DNA of 64,000 nt from Phoronis australis (taxonomy: Eukaryota > Animalia > Phoronida): the NCBI GenBank assembly GCA_002633005.1, contig NMRA01000055.1, positions 1 through 64,000 of the forward strand, given 5' to 3'. Below the pieces are notes generated by a model. It was not told the origin of the DNA and made no database searches. It was given only the letters and a program-made list of their open reading frames with translations. Positions 13,151-25,323 of this stretch are shown here, piece by piece; the first letter of the stretch is position 1, and every line of letters begins with the position of its first letter. The translations under genes and the position numbers were made by a program.

Positions 13151-13812
13151 TTTGACTGATGATATAATTCTAGGATTTGTTAAGTCACCTATTCTGTACA
13201 AATGAGCCCGTATAACACAACTATATTGCGTTTCCAATGTTTTCACTTCAGAACAAAACAAATGTACACGTGTGCCGCGTACACGGATCGGTGAACCGAC
13301 CGAGAGTCCGAGCCAAATTTAATCTCCTATCTTCTAGTTGCGCTAACACCGAAATGGAGAACGTAGCAGGCGTGGAATGCAGAACAAGGTGGTTGAGGAG
13401 TACTATAACCAACTTCTTATAGGGTGCGTGTGGAAAAACACGCATTGGAGCTGTAACGTTGTTTTTATTCGATCATCTTTTTTCGGAAACACACGTCTCT
13501 CCTATCTGACACGGCTTCGTTTTCAGAATTGTTCGGCACTGTAAGTATTGCATGGATGTTAACTGTATCTAACACTTTAAAGGGACATCGAGAGGGCCCA
13601 GGGTCCTGGCACACGGCTCAATGTTACTGTTGCCCGTGACGATATCGGATGCATCAGCCTGTGGTCATATATTAACCGCTTCACTCGTTTCACCATCGTT
13701 GATACTGCTATAATTTCGCATCTAAAATTTCAATTGGAGGCTACACAACGGGTAGACGTTGCTACGTCACTGACGCGGAAGACATTATTTAACGTTTCTG
13801 CAGGCACACACA

Positions 13813-15761
13813 ATTACCAATTGACCTATCGCCAGGATTATGACGGACGGCGTAATTGACCAATCAGAACGCAGCATTCTTGGCACACCTTCGTCTGCGT
13901 TTCCAAGCCGCCATTTTACCCGACAAACCACACGCAGTCGAGTAAAACTTACTTTAGTCTGTAGCTCAAGAAATTGTCCGCTAAGAATGGGGAAACGGTG
14001 TTGATATGACGTGTGTAGCCCCGACAGCCGTTATGCTGCTCCAGAATAATATCCCGTCATTTTTGGCATGTCCTAAGCCGAAAAATGATGTTGAAAAGCG
14101 TAAACTATGGATCAAACTGTACGGCCACACGAGCAGCTGAACTTAGCGATGTTGCTTGATTACTCGAAGGCTATAATAAACACAAATATATTAGTTCCTA
14201 GATACGCACTTTTCAGCTTGGTGGCTATGGTGCAGGGCTATCTCAGATTTTGTCTCCCGAGTTGGCTACGTCTGGCCGCCTTTGTCTCGGCACCTGCTGG
14301 ATCTCAGCACTCTAGCGGTAGTCCCCGGAAATTGTTGTTTTTAAGGACATTTTTATTTTGTGTTTTTTTATTTATTTCAACCTAATGGACATTATTTTGT
14401 TTCGTATCAGAGGTACATTTTTCTTATTAATTCATAAACCGTAAGCTGGCGTTCAACTGAACTTCTCTCCCTTTCAAAATTCAGAGATTCGATCGGCACA
14501 GGGAAGGGCACTGGATTACTGCCGGAACTCAAAGCCTTGGTCGATCTGTTGTCACTAAAAATAAACTGTTGAATTACTTTTTGACGTGTACCTCTAGCAT
14601 ACACTATGTCTGTAGAGTTAGAGAGAGCTCATTTTGATGTGGTGCAAACATGATATTTAGATTTATGAAGCTTTAAAAAAGAATTTGAGTTATTTTTGTA
14701 AATACCCTATTTTTGCAACTACCACACCAGACCTGTAATCTTTAGTAACCATACCACGACTTAGTGATCATGGAAATTTCAAAATTAAATGAAAGCTACC
14801 TTTATGGAATGAAACTACAAAAAATGCCAAGTTCATAAGGAGGTAGGCCTAATTTAAATGTCTTAATGGTGCAAATTCCATAGGCCCCCCACACCCTTGG
14901 CTGCCGCAAGCAAAATGAAACAGCAAGAGCGTGAGGAAATATTGAGTTCAATAACTAGGACCTGTAGCGGCGGAAGGGGGGAGGGCTCAGACCCCAGATC
15001 GCGGCGGAATCGTGTTCCAGTTTTTTCAGTCCACCGATAGATTTTCTGAACAGAAGGTCCAACGGTCTACATCCCTAGCCCCTGCAACTTTCGTGCCGCC
15101 TGTGCACATACAATCGCACTTTGCCCAATTCCACGACGCAACATATGTTGGGCCCCCTGTGGTATCCTAGATCCGCCACTGAATTCCAGACATTAATTTT
15201 ACTTGGACACAGTCCTAGACCTAGGCTACCGGAGCTAGCTAACTGTCTGCCCAGGACGAGATGAGTGTGTACCTGAGCTATGAACCTGAATTTTTTTATC
15301 TAAATATTTTGTGACAAGATTAGAAAAGCTATCAGGGACTATAGTGCATGTGTTGTCTGTAATCTATGACCGACTTTACTCCAGGAGTCCTACCAGTTGT
15401 GACATACTTTTCATTTGGCGAAATTTAGCAGACGACAGAATAAAAATATCGGTGAATCTTCGCTGATTTTATTTGAAAGATCATGAAATCTATGGAATCG
15501 TACAGATAATTGGACTTGAAGGTACATACCCAGCTTTACATGAACATATCGTATCAGTGGCCTTGTCATTTGTCAGGTGAAGGTAGCCCCTAGGCCGAGG
15601 GGTTCTTCGGATTTTCTCTGGCTCCTCGAGCACTTATTTTTTCATCGTCACCTTTACAAATTCCCATATCATATACGTACGATTCACTGTTGAAAAGCAT
15701 CGCCTCTTGTCTCTCAGTCGACGCGTTTTCAAATAGTGCAAAAACACTCATCGATTCCACC
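13813..15761 (+). repeat. Left arm of ~2-kb inverted duplication
   Basis: Reverse complement of 17007-18748 along its length, including shared nested MITEs; has an extra segment at ~15365-15590. Confidence 0.9.
13987..14200 (+). pseudogene. Decayed THAP zinc-finger ORF (transposon-derived)
   Basis: MGKRC*YDVCSPDSRY...PKPKNDVEKRKLWIKL..(R)PHEQLN...NKHKYISS; THAP Cx4C...P...W...(C)xxH layout with stops and frameshifts. Confidence 0.7.
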
Positions 15762-17006
15762 CATTACCAGCAATATTGAAACCGTGAACTGCGCATGCGC
15801 GAAAATCACTCAGTTAGCCCCATTCAGGATACATGGGATTCGCATAAAACACAGCGTGAGGGTCTTATTTATGAATCAATCACATTTGCCGATAGCACAT
15901 AACATAGATAAGTATTTTTTAAAAACGTGGCCAAGTTTCAGCAAAATTGGAAAAAAATTATGTTTGACATGGTATGGCCAAAGTTTTGGCTTATTTTGTC
16001 ACTTCGATCAGTGGAATCGCCGCTAAAAACCCGAAAGTGCATAGTGAGAAAATGATAATTTTCGACCAAGCCTTTCATGTGCGGTTAGTTGCCGATAGAC
16101 CCAACAGATGTCAGTATAATCAAGATTGAAATGTAGGAGTTTGAAGAAAATTAGACAAAATTTTGTATTTAACATGGGGTGGCCGAAAATTGCCAATTTT
16201 GGCCTGTTGATATCAGTTTATCATCATAGACTATCATTAGTGGGTCTAGTTAATTCGAAGTTTTTGGTTAAATCACTGATAATATTCACACCATATATTG
16301 TACTAATAAACGTTTTCTCTAAATATAACAGTTTGATTCAAATGCTCAAAGTGGTGCGTACAACAGGGATTGACCCTTGCCCGGCCCGGCCCATAGAATG
16401 GGAGCTAATCAGCTCTAAACCAAAGTTGCTACATGTACATGTATGTGCGGAAAACTCTAGCCACCTGAGGTGTTTACGATCCACTTCAGAGAAAAAATAC
16501 CTCTTTGTACCTAACAATAATTTGTTTCCGAGTACTTCCGGCATGGTTTAAAATTGAAAGGGGTCATTACAAGTTGAATTTATGAGAATTGTATTGTTGC
16601 ATTGCGAACTGAGAACTAGTCGATTGAGGTAGTGCGAGATAAGGTAACGATCGAGTAAGGACAGCTTTGATTTGCTTACGAGTGGTGACTCATGATATTG
16701 GCCAGACATCTGTAATAATATGTTTTGTTTATCCTTTTTAACGGAATATATTTGAACTTTGGTAATTTTGGGCGACAAAATCATAGAACAACCTTCCTGG
16801 TGCTTCTCTCCAGGCAGTAGACACGCGGAGAGTGAAGCGCTAACTGGTCCATAAGCGATGACCTAGTTTACGCACAGAACCTGGCGGATGACCTAGTTTA
16901 CGAATTGACCTATCGCAAGCTCCGCCCCTATGCGAAAAGTCACGTGATACCCGACATTCGAACGAAATGTCACAGGCAAATACACTGTCGCTAAACGACG
17001 TTCCTG

Positions 17007-18748
17007 GTGGAATCGATGAGTGTTTTTGCACTATTTGAAAACGCTTCGACAGAGACAAGAGGCGATGCTTTTCAACAGAGAATCGTACGTTCATGATATG
17101 GGAATTTGTAAAGGTGACGATGAAAAAATGGCTCGAGGAGCCAACGAAAATCCCCTCTGCCTCNTTACAGACAACACATGCACTAGTCTCTGACTAGGTC
17201 GACTCTATAGCACTGTTTACGCTTTTCTAATCTTGTAACGAAATATTTTGATTAAAAAAATTCAGGGTCATAGCTCAGGTACACACTCATCTCGTCCTAG
17301 GCAAGCAGTTAGCTCCGGTAGGTCTAGCGCTGTGTCTAAGTCAAATCAATGTCTGGAATTCAGTGGCGGATCTAGGATACCCGTCACGGGGGGCCCAACA
17401 TATGTTGCCTCGTGGAATTGGGCAAAGTGCGATTGTATGTGCACAGGCGGCCCGAAAGTTGCAGAGGCCAGGGATGTAGACCGTTGGACCTTCTGTTCAG
17501 AAAATATCTATCGGTGAACTAAAAAAACAGGAACAGGATTCCGCTGTGATCTGGAGTCTGAGCCCCCCTCTTCCGCTACCGGTCCTAGTTACTGAACTCA
17601 ATATTTCCTCACGCTTCACGCTCTCGCTGTTTCATTATGCTTGCGGCAGCCAAGGGGGGGAGGACTGGGGCCCCTGCCCCCCCTAAATCCGCCTATGAAA
17701 TTGTCCGTTTGCACCATTAAGACCGTTTAAATTAGGCCTACCTTCTTACAAACTTGGCATTTTTTTTGTAGTTTCATTCTATAAAGGTACCTTTCATTTA
17801 ATTTTGAAGGTAGCATGATCATTAAGTCGTGGTATGGTTACAAAAGATTACAAGTCTGGTGTGGTAGTTGCAAAAATAGGGTATTTACAAAAATAACTCA
17901 AATTCTTTTTTAAAGCTTCATAAATCTACATATCATGTTTGAACAACTTCAAAATGAGCTCTGTCTAACTCTACAGACATAGTGTATACTAGAGGTACAC
18001 GTCAAAAAGTAATTCAACAGTTTATTTTTAGTGACAACAGCTCGACCAAGGCTTTGAGTTACCGGCAGTAATCCCGTTGCCCTCCCTGTGCCGATGGAAT
18101 CTCCGAATTTTGACCGGGAGAGAAGTTCAGTTGAACGCCAGCCTACGGGTTTATGAATAACAAAAATTTACCTCTGTTAGGTTGAAATAAATAAAAAAAT
18201 AAAATAAAAATGTCCTTGAAAACAACAATTTCTGGGGACTCTACCGCTAGACTGCTGAGATCCAGCAGGTGTCGAGACAAAGGCGGCCAGACGTAGGAAA
18301 CTCGGGAGCCTGAGATAGCCCTTCACCATAGCCACCAAGCTGAAAAGTGCGTATCTTGGAACTAATATATTTGTGTTTATTATAGCCTTCGAGTTATCAA
18401 GAAACATCGCTAAGTTCAGCTGCTCGTGTGGCCGTACGGCTTGATCCATAGTTTATGCTTTTCAACATCATTTTTCGGTTTAGGACATGCCAAAAAATGA
18501 CGGGATATTATTCTGGAGCAGCATCACGGCTTTCGGTGCTACACACACCATATCAACACCGTTTCCCCATTCTTAGCGGACAATTTCTTGAGCTATAGAC
18601 CAAAGTAAGTTTTACTCGACTACGTGTGGTTTGTCGGGTATAATGGCGGCTTGGAAACGCAGACGAAGGTGTGCCAAGAATGCTTTGTTCTGATTGGTCA
18701 ATTAAGCCGTCCGTCATAATCCTGGCGATAGGTCAATTGCTGGTAATG
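17007..18748 (-). repeat. Right arm of ~2-kb inverted duplication
   Basis: Reverse-complement match to 13813-15761; ORF-track peptides 14107..14385(+) and 18177..18449(-) are near-identical. Confidence 0.9.
18355..18570 (-). pseudogene. Decayed THAP ORF, second copy
   Basis: MGKRC*YGVCSTESR...PKPKNDVEKHKLWIK...PHEQLN...KHKYISSK; same TGA at codon 6 as the left copy. Confidence 0.7.
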
Positions 18749-18789
18749 CAGGAACGTCGTTTAGCGACAGTGTATTTACCTCTGACATC

Positions 18790-18943
18790 AGCCGTGCGTT
18801 CAGTAGACGCTAGGACCTACGCTAGGACCTAGCTAAAACCTAGTCAAAGTCACGTGTTCTCATTTAAAATGCACTGCAATATCTCACGTAATCTCGCGAA
18901 GTCTTGCTTTTTAGCGAGGTCCTAGCGTTACTGGAGGCTTGTA
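18790..18943. mobile_element. Small MITE inserted in the right TIR
   Basis: CAGTAGACGCTAGGACCT...GCTAAAA / TTTAGCGAGGTCCTAGCGTTACTG inverted ends; absent from the partner TIR at 16903-17006. Confidence 0.6.
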
Positions 18944-19844
18944 TGTTCGAATGTCGGGTATCACGTGACTTTTCGCATAGGGGCGGAGCTTGCGATAGGT
19001 CAATTGCTACCATGTCGCTTATTTCATCAAAGTGCAATTTGCTTTCAATTTCGCTACTAGTGGGCGCTTTCAAACTCGGGCCGGGACGATTCAATGCACA
19101 CATTTGACGCATGCTTGTATCTGATGATTCCAGCGATACTTGGTGGTGCAAAAACACTTGTTAGAATTGTTTGATTTGTGCTCGGTAGGGCTACAGTTTG
19201 ATGCATTTGATATTTCAAGTGGGGGTTCGCTTGGCCCCAATCCTGGACATAGATTAGACCTGAACCTGCTTCTAGTTCGCTATTGCTTCTTTTAAGGAAC
19301 TGTTTCATAATAGACCCTAGTTGTATTATTTCTTGATCTGACCGGTTTCATTTTCTAGCCCTAGTAGGAACCAGCCTTTTCCTTGCTTTCCTGTCAACGG
19401 GCCTAAAACTGCCCGCGCATTATGTGTCGTGAGATATGTTGAAGTAGATCGAAGTATTTGAGTTTATGTCTCCAGCCTAGACGACAAATTTTTATTCTCT
19501 TGCATACCAAAGTTAAATTGCTTTCCAGTATTTTCAAATTTCCCCTATCTCTTGTGTTCTTGCTTGAATAATAATTTGTAAAACTAGATGTGGTCCACCC
19601 GGTTCATCGCCACCCGGTCGCCAACAATTTAACCATTCCTTCATCTTCCGGCCTTGTTGAGTCTGTGCCGCGACTTATTATATTTATAGTCTCTCTCGTA
19701 TGGGTGATCCTTGTCCAATTTTTTGTTTGTTTTGCACATATTTTCTGTAGTTTCTACTCGAATACGGACAGAAATAACATTTCAACTAATTCAACTATTC
19801 CGGCCACTAATCGGTGCGTTTTTGCCGAGGCCCCGCATTTTGCC

Positions 19845-20520
19845 GTCGGTCTTCGATCGCTCGCGCACTCAGGCTGGCCACGGCAGCCTGACGGCCACTA
19901 TAGGCCCGACTCGCACTCTCAGTCCTCAGCCGTTCCGCCCCAGGCCCCGGTGGCTCATGCCTCTGCCGCGCCTAGGTGCGGCTTACCATGCCGGCCTCGG
20001 GCGCGCTGCCCCCGGCGGCTTGGCCTTCCCAGCCTAATGCGTATTGCGGCCTCGGCCGCGCTGCCCCCTGCGGTTTGGCATGTGGCCGCCGGCGACGAGG
20101 CTTATAGACCTACGGTTGCGCTGCCCCCACTGAGCGGCTTCGCCCTGAGCCGTCTGCCTGGCTTACGGGCCTCGGCCGCGGTGGCCCCGGCGAGTTTGCC
20201 TGTCCACCTGGCTTACGGGCCACGGCTGCGATGCCCCCAGCTACTTGGCCTCTCCCGCGCCTACCTCAATGGCTTACGGGCCTCCGACGGCTGCGCTGCC
20301 CGTGCCAGCTTGGCCAAGGCCTGATAGCACCTTGCCGAGGCACCGCGAGCCTAATTCCCGTGTAGGCCTCGGCCGCGCTGCCCACGTTGTTTTGGCCGAG
20401 GCCCGCCTCGGTCTTGTCGACGGGTCCTCAATCGGCCGCCGCACTGCCCACGGCAGCTTAACCAAGGCCCATCTCCTGCCGTCGGTCTTCAGTCGTGCTG
20501 CCCACGTCAGCTTGGCCGGG
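19845..20520. repeat. GC-rich array of ~33-bp degenerate hairpin repeats with variable spacers
   Basis: About 9 clear and 2 more degenerate copies of GGCCTCGGCCGCGCTGCCC(A)CGGC(A)GCTTGGCC spaced ~50-85 bp apart. Confidence 0.7.
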
Positions 20521-22936
20521 TCCCACCTATATCTTGTCGCCCCCGTACGACATTCATTGAGGCAACGTACGGAGCGTAGATTAATACCTAACATTGAGCC
20601 TTGAGGAACAATATGTTTGATAATGACGACGAAATGTTATTGCATTCGACATATTGTGACCTGTTGTGTAGATAACTAAAAAAACAGTTAAGTTCTGGAT
20701 ATTTATAGTAATGTATTATGATCCATTGTGTAAAATGACTTTGAAAGGTCCATAAATATAGGTGTTGGGGTGAAGTTGTTATTAAGATATTCATAAATTC
20801 TGTTGATCAGCCCAAGGGCTGCTTGTTCAGTCGAGTGTTATACCGTCAGCAAAGATGGTCTGGTGCATTTTTGTTGTCCAGGGAATATCAGAGCCAGATA
20901 AAACCAGAGTCGCTTTTATCCACCCTTACCAGAGCCAATACTCCCTTTGGTAATCAGTCACGGGGAAAATTGAAGCAAGACTATTTTCAATGAATAGTCA
21001 CGATGACGTCCAAGTTCATGAGCGTAAGCTGGCAGACACTGGTGTCTTGGTTAGTTTGTGTAGGCTGAATTCAATCCTTGTTCTGACTTTGTTTTATACT
21101 TCCCCTTGTGTCAGAAAACTAGCCATGCTGATTTAAGAGGTAATAATCAACATACCGGTAGATTTCAAAACCTGTTTCACTATGTGAAGAGTTAAGTCGG
21201 ACGTGGATTCCAATGATTTTGTATAATGAGAACCAAGCAATGCTTCGATCAAAGTTGTTGATTATACAAAAAAAATCACGAAAAATTTGTATTTTCCATC
21301 ATCTATACAACAGATGTTTTAATTAAAAGCCTATCTCCTGGGAACAAAGGTAAAAACTTGAATATCAGATGATCGCGTAACAGCAGCCTCAAGTTGTTTA
21401 AGAACGAAGACCGGAAATAAATATGTTTTCTGTCTCGTTACGAAAAAACCGGCGAACGATGGTGCTCTCAGATCATAGTCTAGTATTAAAAGCGACAATA
21501 AACAATTAAGTATCACTTTATTAAACAAAATCGCGTTGGCAACAATTGAAAAACGTCAAATGTATCAGGAAACAAATCATCTGAAAACAGTTTCACGAAA
21601 CCAAAACGTTCTGTACACTTTGGTGAAAAGATATACAGGACCAGTTCGCAGAGGGACCAGATGTACAGTGAGATTTCACAAAAAGGCTGGCCTGGTCCGT
21701 CACGAGACCAAAAGTACACCTGTGCTTATTATCCCTGTAAAAATAGTCGATCTGCCGCGGGATCAAACACTACTGGCTGAGATAAATAGTTCTAGAAAGC
21801 GCATTTTGGTAAAAAACATCACAAGACTCTACACAGATCAAGCTGGCGTGGTCCGTCGCGAGACCTAAAGTGTACTATGCAAAAAGTTTTGAATTGAAAA
21901 CTTTTCTTTAGACAATTTTTAATCCCCAGTGGTTGCTCATACGTGTATTTTACACATCTGGTGGTCAACTGCAGCGAGAGGTTGTCTAGGAATGGTTTTC
22001 GCACCGTTATGTAGTACTCACTGGAAGAAACAAGTATTGAGAACAAATTTAACAACGCACTACGTGAATAGATTTTGGATATGAAGCAGTTAGAGCCAAG
22101 TCGAAATACAAACCAGAATCAGTTTCTTTGCGCTCGTAGACCCTCTGCTGTACTGGGAAAATTTGGCATGTCCAAAAATAATTTCTATTTCGTTTTCATT
22201 GTACACAAGCATAAAAAATCGACATTATTACAAACTGTGTAGAATTATAACTTATTACCTGGGTGTTTCTCCATATCCTATCCTTCTGTTGTCTAGACTG
22301 CCGAGGAATCTGTATATCGGATTCAATGGTTTGCTCGTTTCGGAACCATTCTATCCAGACATCTTCGATGTTTGTTCCCAACGCTTTCACTTCGTCAATT
22401 GCTGTGTCAATGAGCTGGTAAGCCTCTACAATGTCAGCATCTCGTTTCGCAGCTCAGTTGTCACTAAGCGCCCTGAGGTTGCCAAATCCAATCAAAAGAC
22501 TTACATGCGCAACTAAATTTGATCCGTTCATCATGGACTACTTCAAACCTTGACGATGTATCCCAGGACCAATTTGCATCTCTTGCAATTTTCGAAATAA
22601 ACGTCCCAATGTCTGAACGCTTGAAACCCGAAGTACTAACATCAAATAAATGCCCAAGGGCATGGACGTTTCATCGGGTGGACCTTTCTGCGGAAATTCC
22701 CAGTATAGAAGACGGCAGTGGTGCGTATTGCAGGTGGAAAGACGGTAGGTGTTGAGGTCGGAACTAGGGTTCCTTTGGAGGCCTATTGCCGGAACATCGC
22801 ACGAGTCCCGCAAGACTTTGTTGTGAAAGTACAGCCTCCCCGCAATTTCTGGTACTGTACACTGTTCGCGAATGCGGTCATTTTGTCAATGTGAGTGCCC
22901 CCTTGGTCATTCCTTGTATAGACATAATTTGTTAAA

Positions 22937-23856
22937 GTGCATCTTCAAACGGACTCGCGACCAGAACACGGCGCCCGCCACAATAGCAATTCTTCGGAAA
23001 ACGAGTTCTTTTCAAAAATATTACATGTACATATACACTGTATGATATTGTGTAAGATAACTTTATTATACACCAGCTAAATTCGAGTTACAAACGTGTG
23101 GAGTGTAATAGCATAACACGGCATAACAGATGAGGTAAAAACGTTGCACGTCATTTCGCCTGAATATCAGGTTTGCGGCACTACAGTATTTCCCTTAATC
23201 AAATCAAAACATATCTTAGAGTAAAGAAGCTAATTACATGCGCGCACCCAGCCTTCAATATGGGGGGGGGCTCGTGTTCCTGACTTTGTGGACCTCTTGG
23301 TAACAAAAAAGTGGGCGGACTAAAAAAAAAAAAAAAACGGGTACACCACTGTGAATTACGCGTTTGCGCATGTTTAATGGACTTATGCCTCATTTACTCG
23401 TACTTTTTGTCTCTCAGGGCGGACCTTTTAGCCCACTTCACCAGATGGGGGGGGGGGCTCGTTCGAGCACCCCGAGCCCCCCTGGGTGCCGGCATGCATT
23501 ACCTAAAGAAATCAGCTACAGAGCTGCTCTTCCAGCGGTGGATCCCGAATGCTTGGCTACCTCAGAAGTGTCGACGGAAGCGCGCCTGGCGCCCACAATT
23601 GATCTCCGCGCGTTTTGCCGATGAGCCACAAAGACTCGAAATGCTTTGATTTTCATAACAGCAATTCACAATGCAAAAAATTATATTTTCAGAGTGAACC
23701 CCACTCAATTTTTTCCAAGTTGGTTTATTTGGGGTTTACATATAGTGACGGTGCCGTTTTTGTTTTACTGTAGACGTTTTTGTTTTTTTTATTTTTGGGT
23801 CCTGGCCCAAGAGGGGGGGGGTTAAACCCACTGAGCCCCCCGTAGATCCGCCACTG
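22937..23856. mobile_element. Partial copy of the CAGTGGCGGATC-TIR element, with nested inserts
   Basis: 22937-23078 and 23567-23770 match 25698-26035; ends CGTAGATCCGCCACTG. Confidence 0.7.
23237..23496. mobile_element. MITE (CATGCGCGCACCCAG TIR)
   Basis: TIR pair CATGCGCGCACCCAG / CTGGGTGCCGGCATG; second copy at 43434-43655. Confidence 0.8.
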
Positions 23857-24811
23857 AGACAGCTCCACTGAAGGTCCTCCGACTTGTCTGGAAACAGTGC
23901 CGTCGTCGACATCGAATACAAACCCCCGGCGGCTCGTGACAGCTTTGTGGCGGAGAGTCCTCTGAATATTTGCAACCTCATTCACAAAGCGACTAAGTTC
24001 AGCTATTTCTCAGTGGCGGATCTAGGATATCACAAGGGGGGGGCCAACATTTTGCACCACCACGACTTCACTCTTAATTTCATAATAAGAGACCTACTTG
24101 TTTATTGTCCACAGCATTTGCGCGCGAACCCTACTTCTTTTTGTAATGCTTATTACACTTTTATATTTGGGCAATCAGTTCGAAACAAAATTTGTTGTAT
24201 TTAAAATAGTCTTCAATAGCCCAAAAGACCAAATCCGTTTTTGTGTTGGCATTAATGACGCGATTGCTTTGGAAATCGTCTTAAGGTTTGACAAAGAGAG
24301 AATTATGAGTTTCTGAGTGATTCACTAAGGCTTCGATTAAAATTCACATCTTACCAGCAGCTTCTGTTTTTTCATCGTCACTCAGATTCCATTTTCTTTA
24401 AAAGAAATGAAGTAATTTTCTTTATTGCACAGTGAAGCAGACGACGGAAACGGAATCGTAGTGCGCTGCGCCACTGCCGGTCGCCTGGGATATCGCGGAA
24501 GAGCCTATACTTAGCCATAATTTCGTTACGATTGAGCTGTCTTCCGAATTTGACACACTAAAACTGCACACACACAATTAGCGGTGTTAATTAATAAACT
24601 CAACATTTCCCTACGCTCTTGCTGTTTTATTTTTTTTGCGGCAGTCATGAAGGGGGGGGGGGGCGGCGGCCCCCCATAAATCCGTCTATGTTTCTAGTCA
24701 CATGCGAACAGAGTTCTCCACCGACAGGACATTGAAATGTAGATGTGTTAAACATCGACTTGATTGAATTCTCAGGCACTCGTTCGGCTTCGTTTCGTAA
24801 CTTAATCGTCG

Positions 24812-24975
24812 ACAGGATTGAATTCTCAAAATAGGTTCTGCGAAACAGGATTGAATTCATGAAAATTGAATAGGATTGAATTTATGAAATAGGATTGAAT
24901 TCATAAAATAGGATTGAATTCATAAAATAGGATTGAATTCATAAAATAGGATTGAATTCATGAAATAGGATTGAC
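24812..24975 (+). repeat. ~19-bp minisatellite
   Basis: Tandem AGGATTGAATTCATAAAAT units. Confidence 0.85.
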
Positions 24976-25323
24976 TTCACTGAATGAGTTGTACGTGTGC
25001 AACACAGCGCTGAAGTAAGTGGGGGCATAGCCCTCCAAGCCCCCCCAATGGCAGTGCAGCAGCACTGAAATAAGTGTGGGGGCTGAACCTCCTCCCCAGA
25101 CCCTATGGTGCGCCGCCCATGAAATACCATTAAATGTCTAAATTATAGGATTGATTTTCCAAATAGCGGGATTGAATTTTCTACTCAGTAAGCAGCACTG
25201 AGTCATGCGAGTCTGAGGTCGCTGACATGCTGGCCTAGTGCGACGAATTGCTGAGGTAGGGATACAGTGTCAATGTTGACATTGTAGGCAGTCAGTTTAG
25301 GTTGGGAAAATACACTGGAGGCA

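Larger units (their letters stand above)
16903..19005. mobile_element. TIR-bounded unit enclosing the right arm of the inverted duplication
   Basis: 16903-17006 is the reverse complement of 18749-18789 plus 18945-19005 (AATTGACCTATCGCAAGCTCCGCCCC...GACGTTCCTG); no clear TSD. Confidence 0.65.

Noticed and set aside
19590-20604. 244-aa Pro/Ala-rich ORF as a gene, or the array as a CRISPR
   Set aside because: ORF length is explained by high GC, and the repeat switches frames. The repeats are too degenerate, spacer lengths vary widely, the context is eukaryotic and no cas genes are present.
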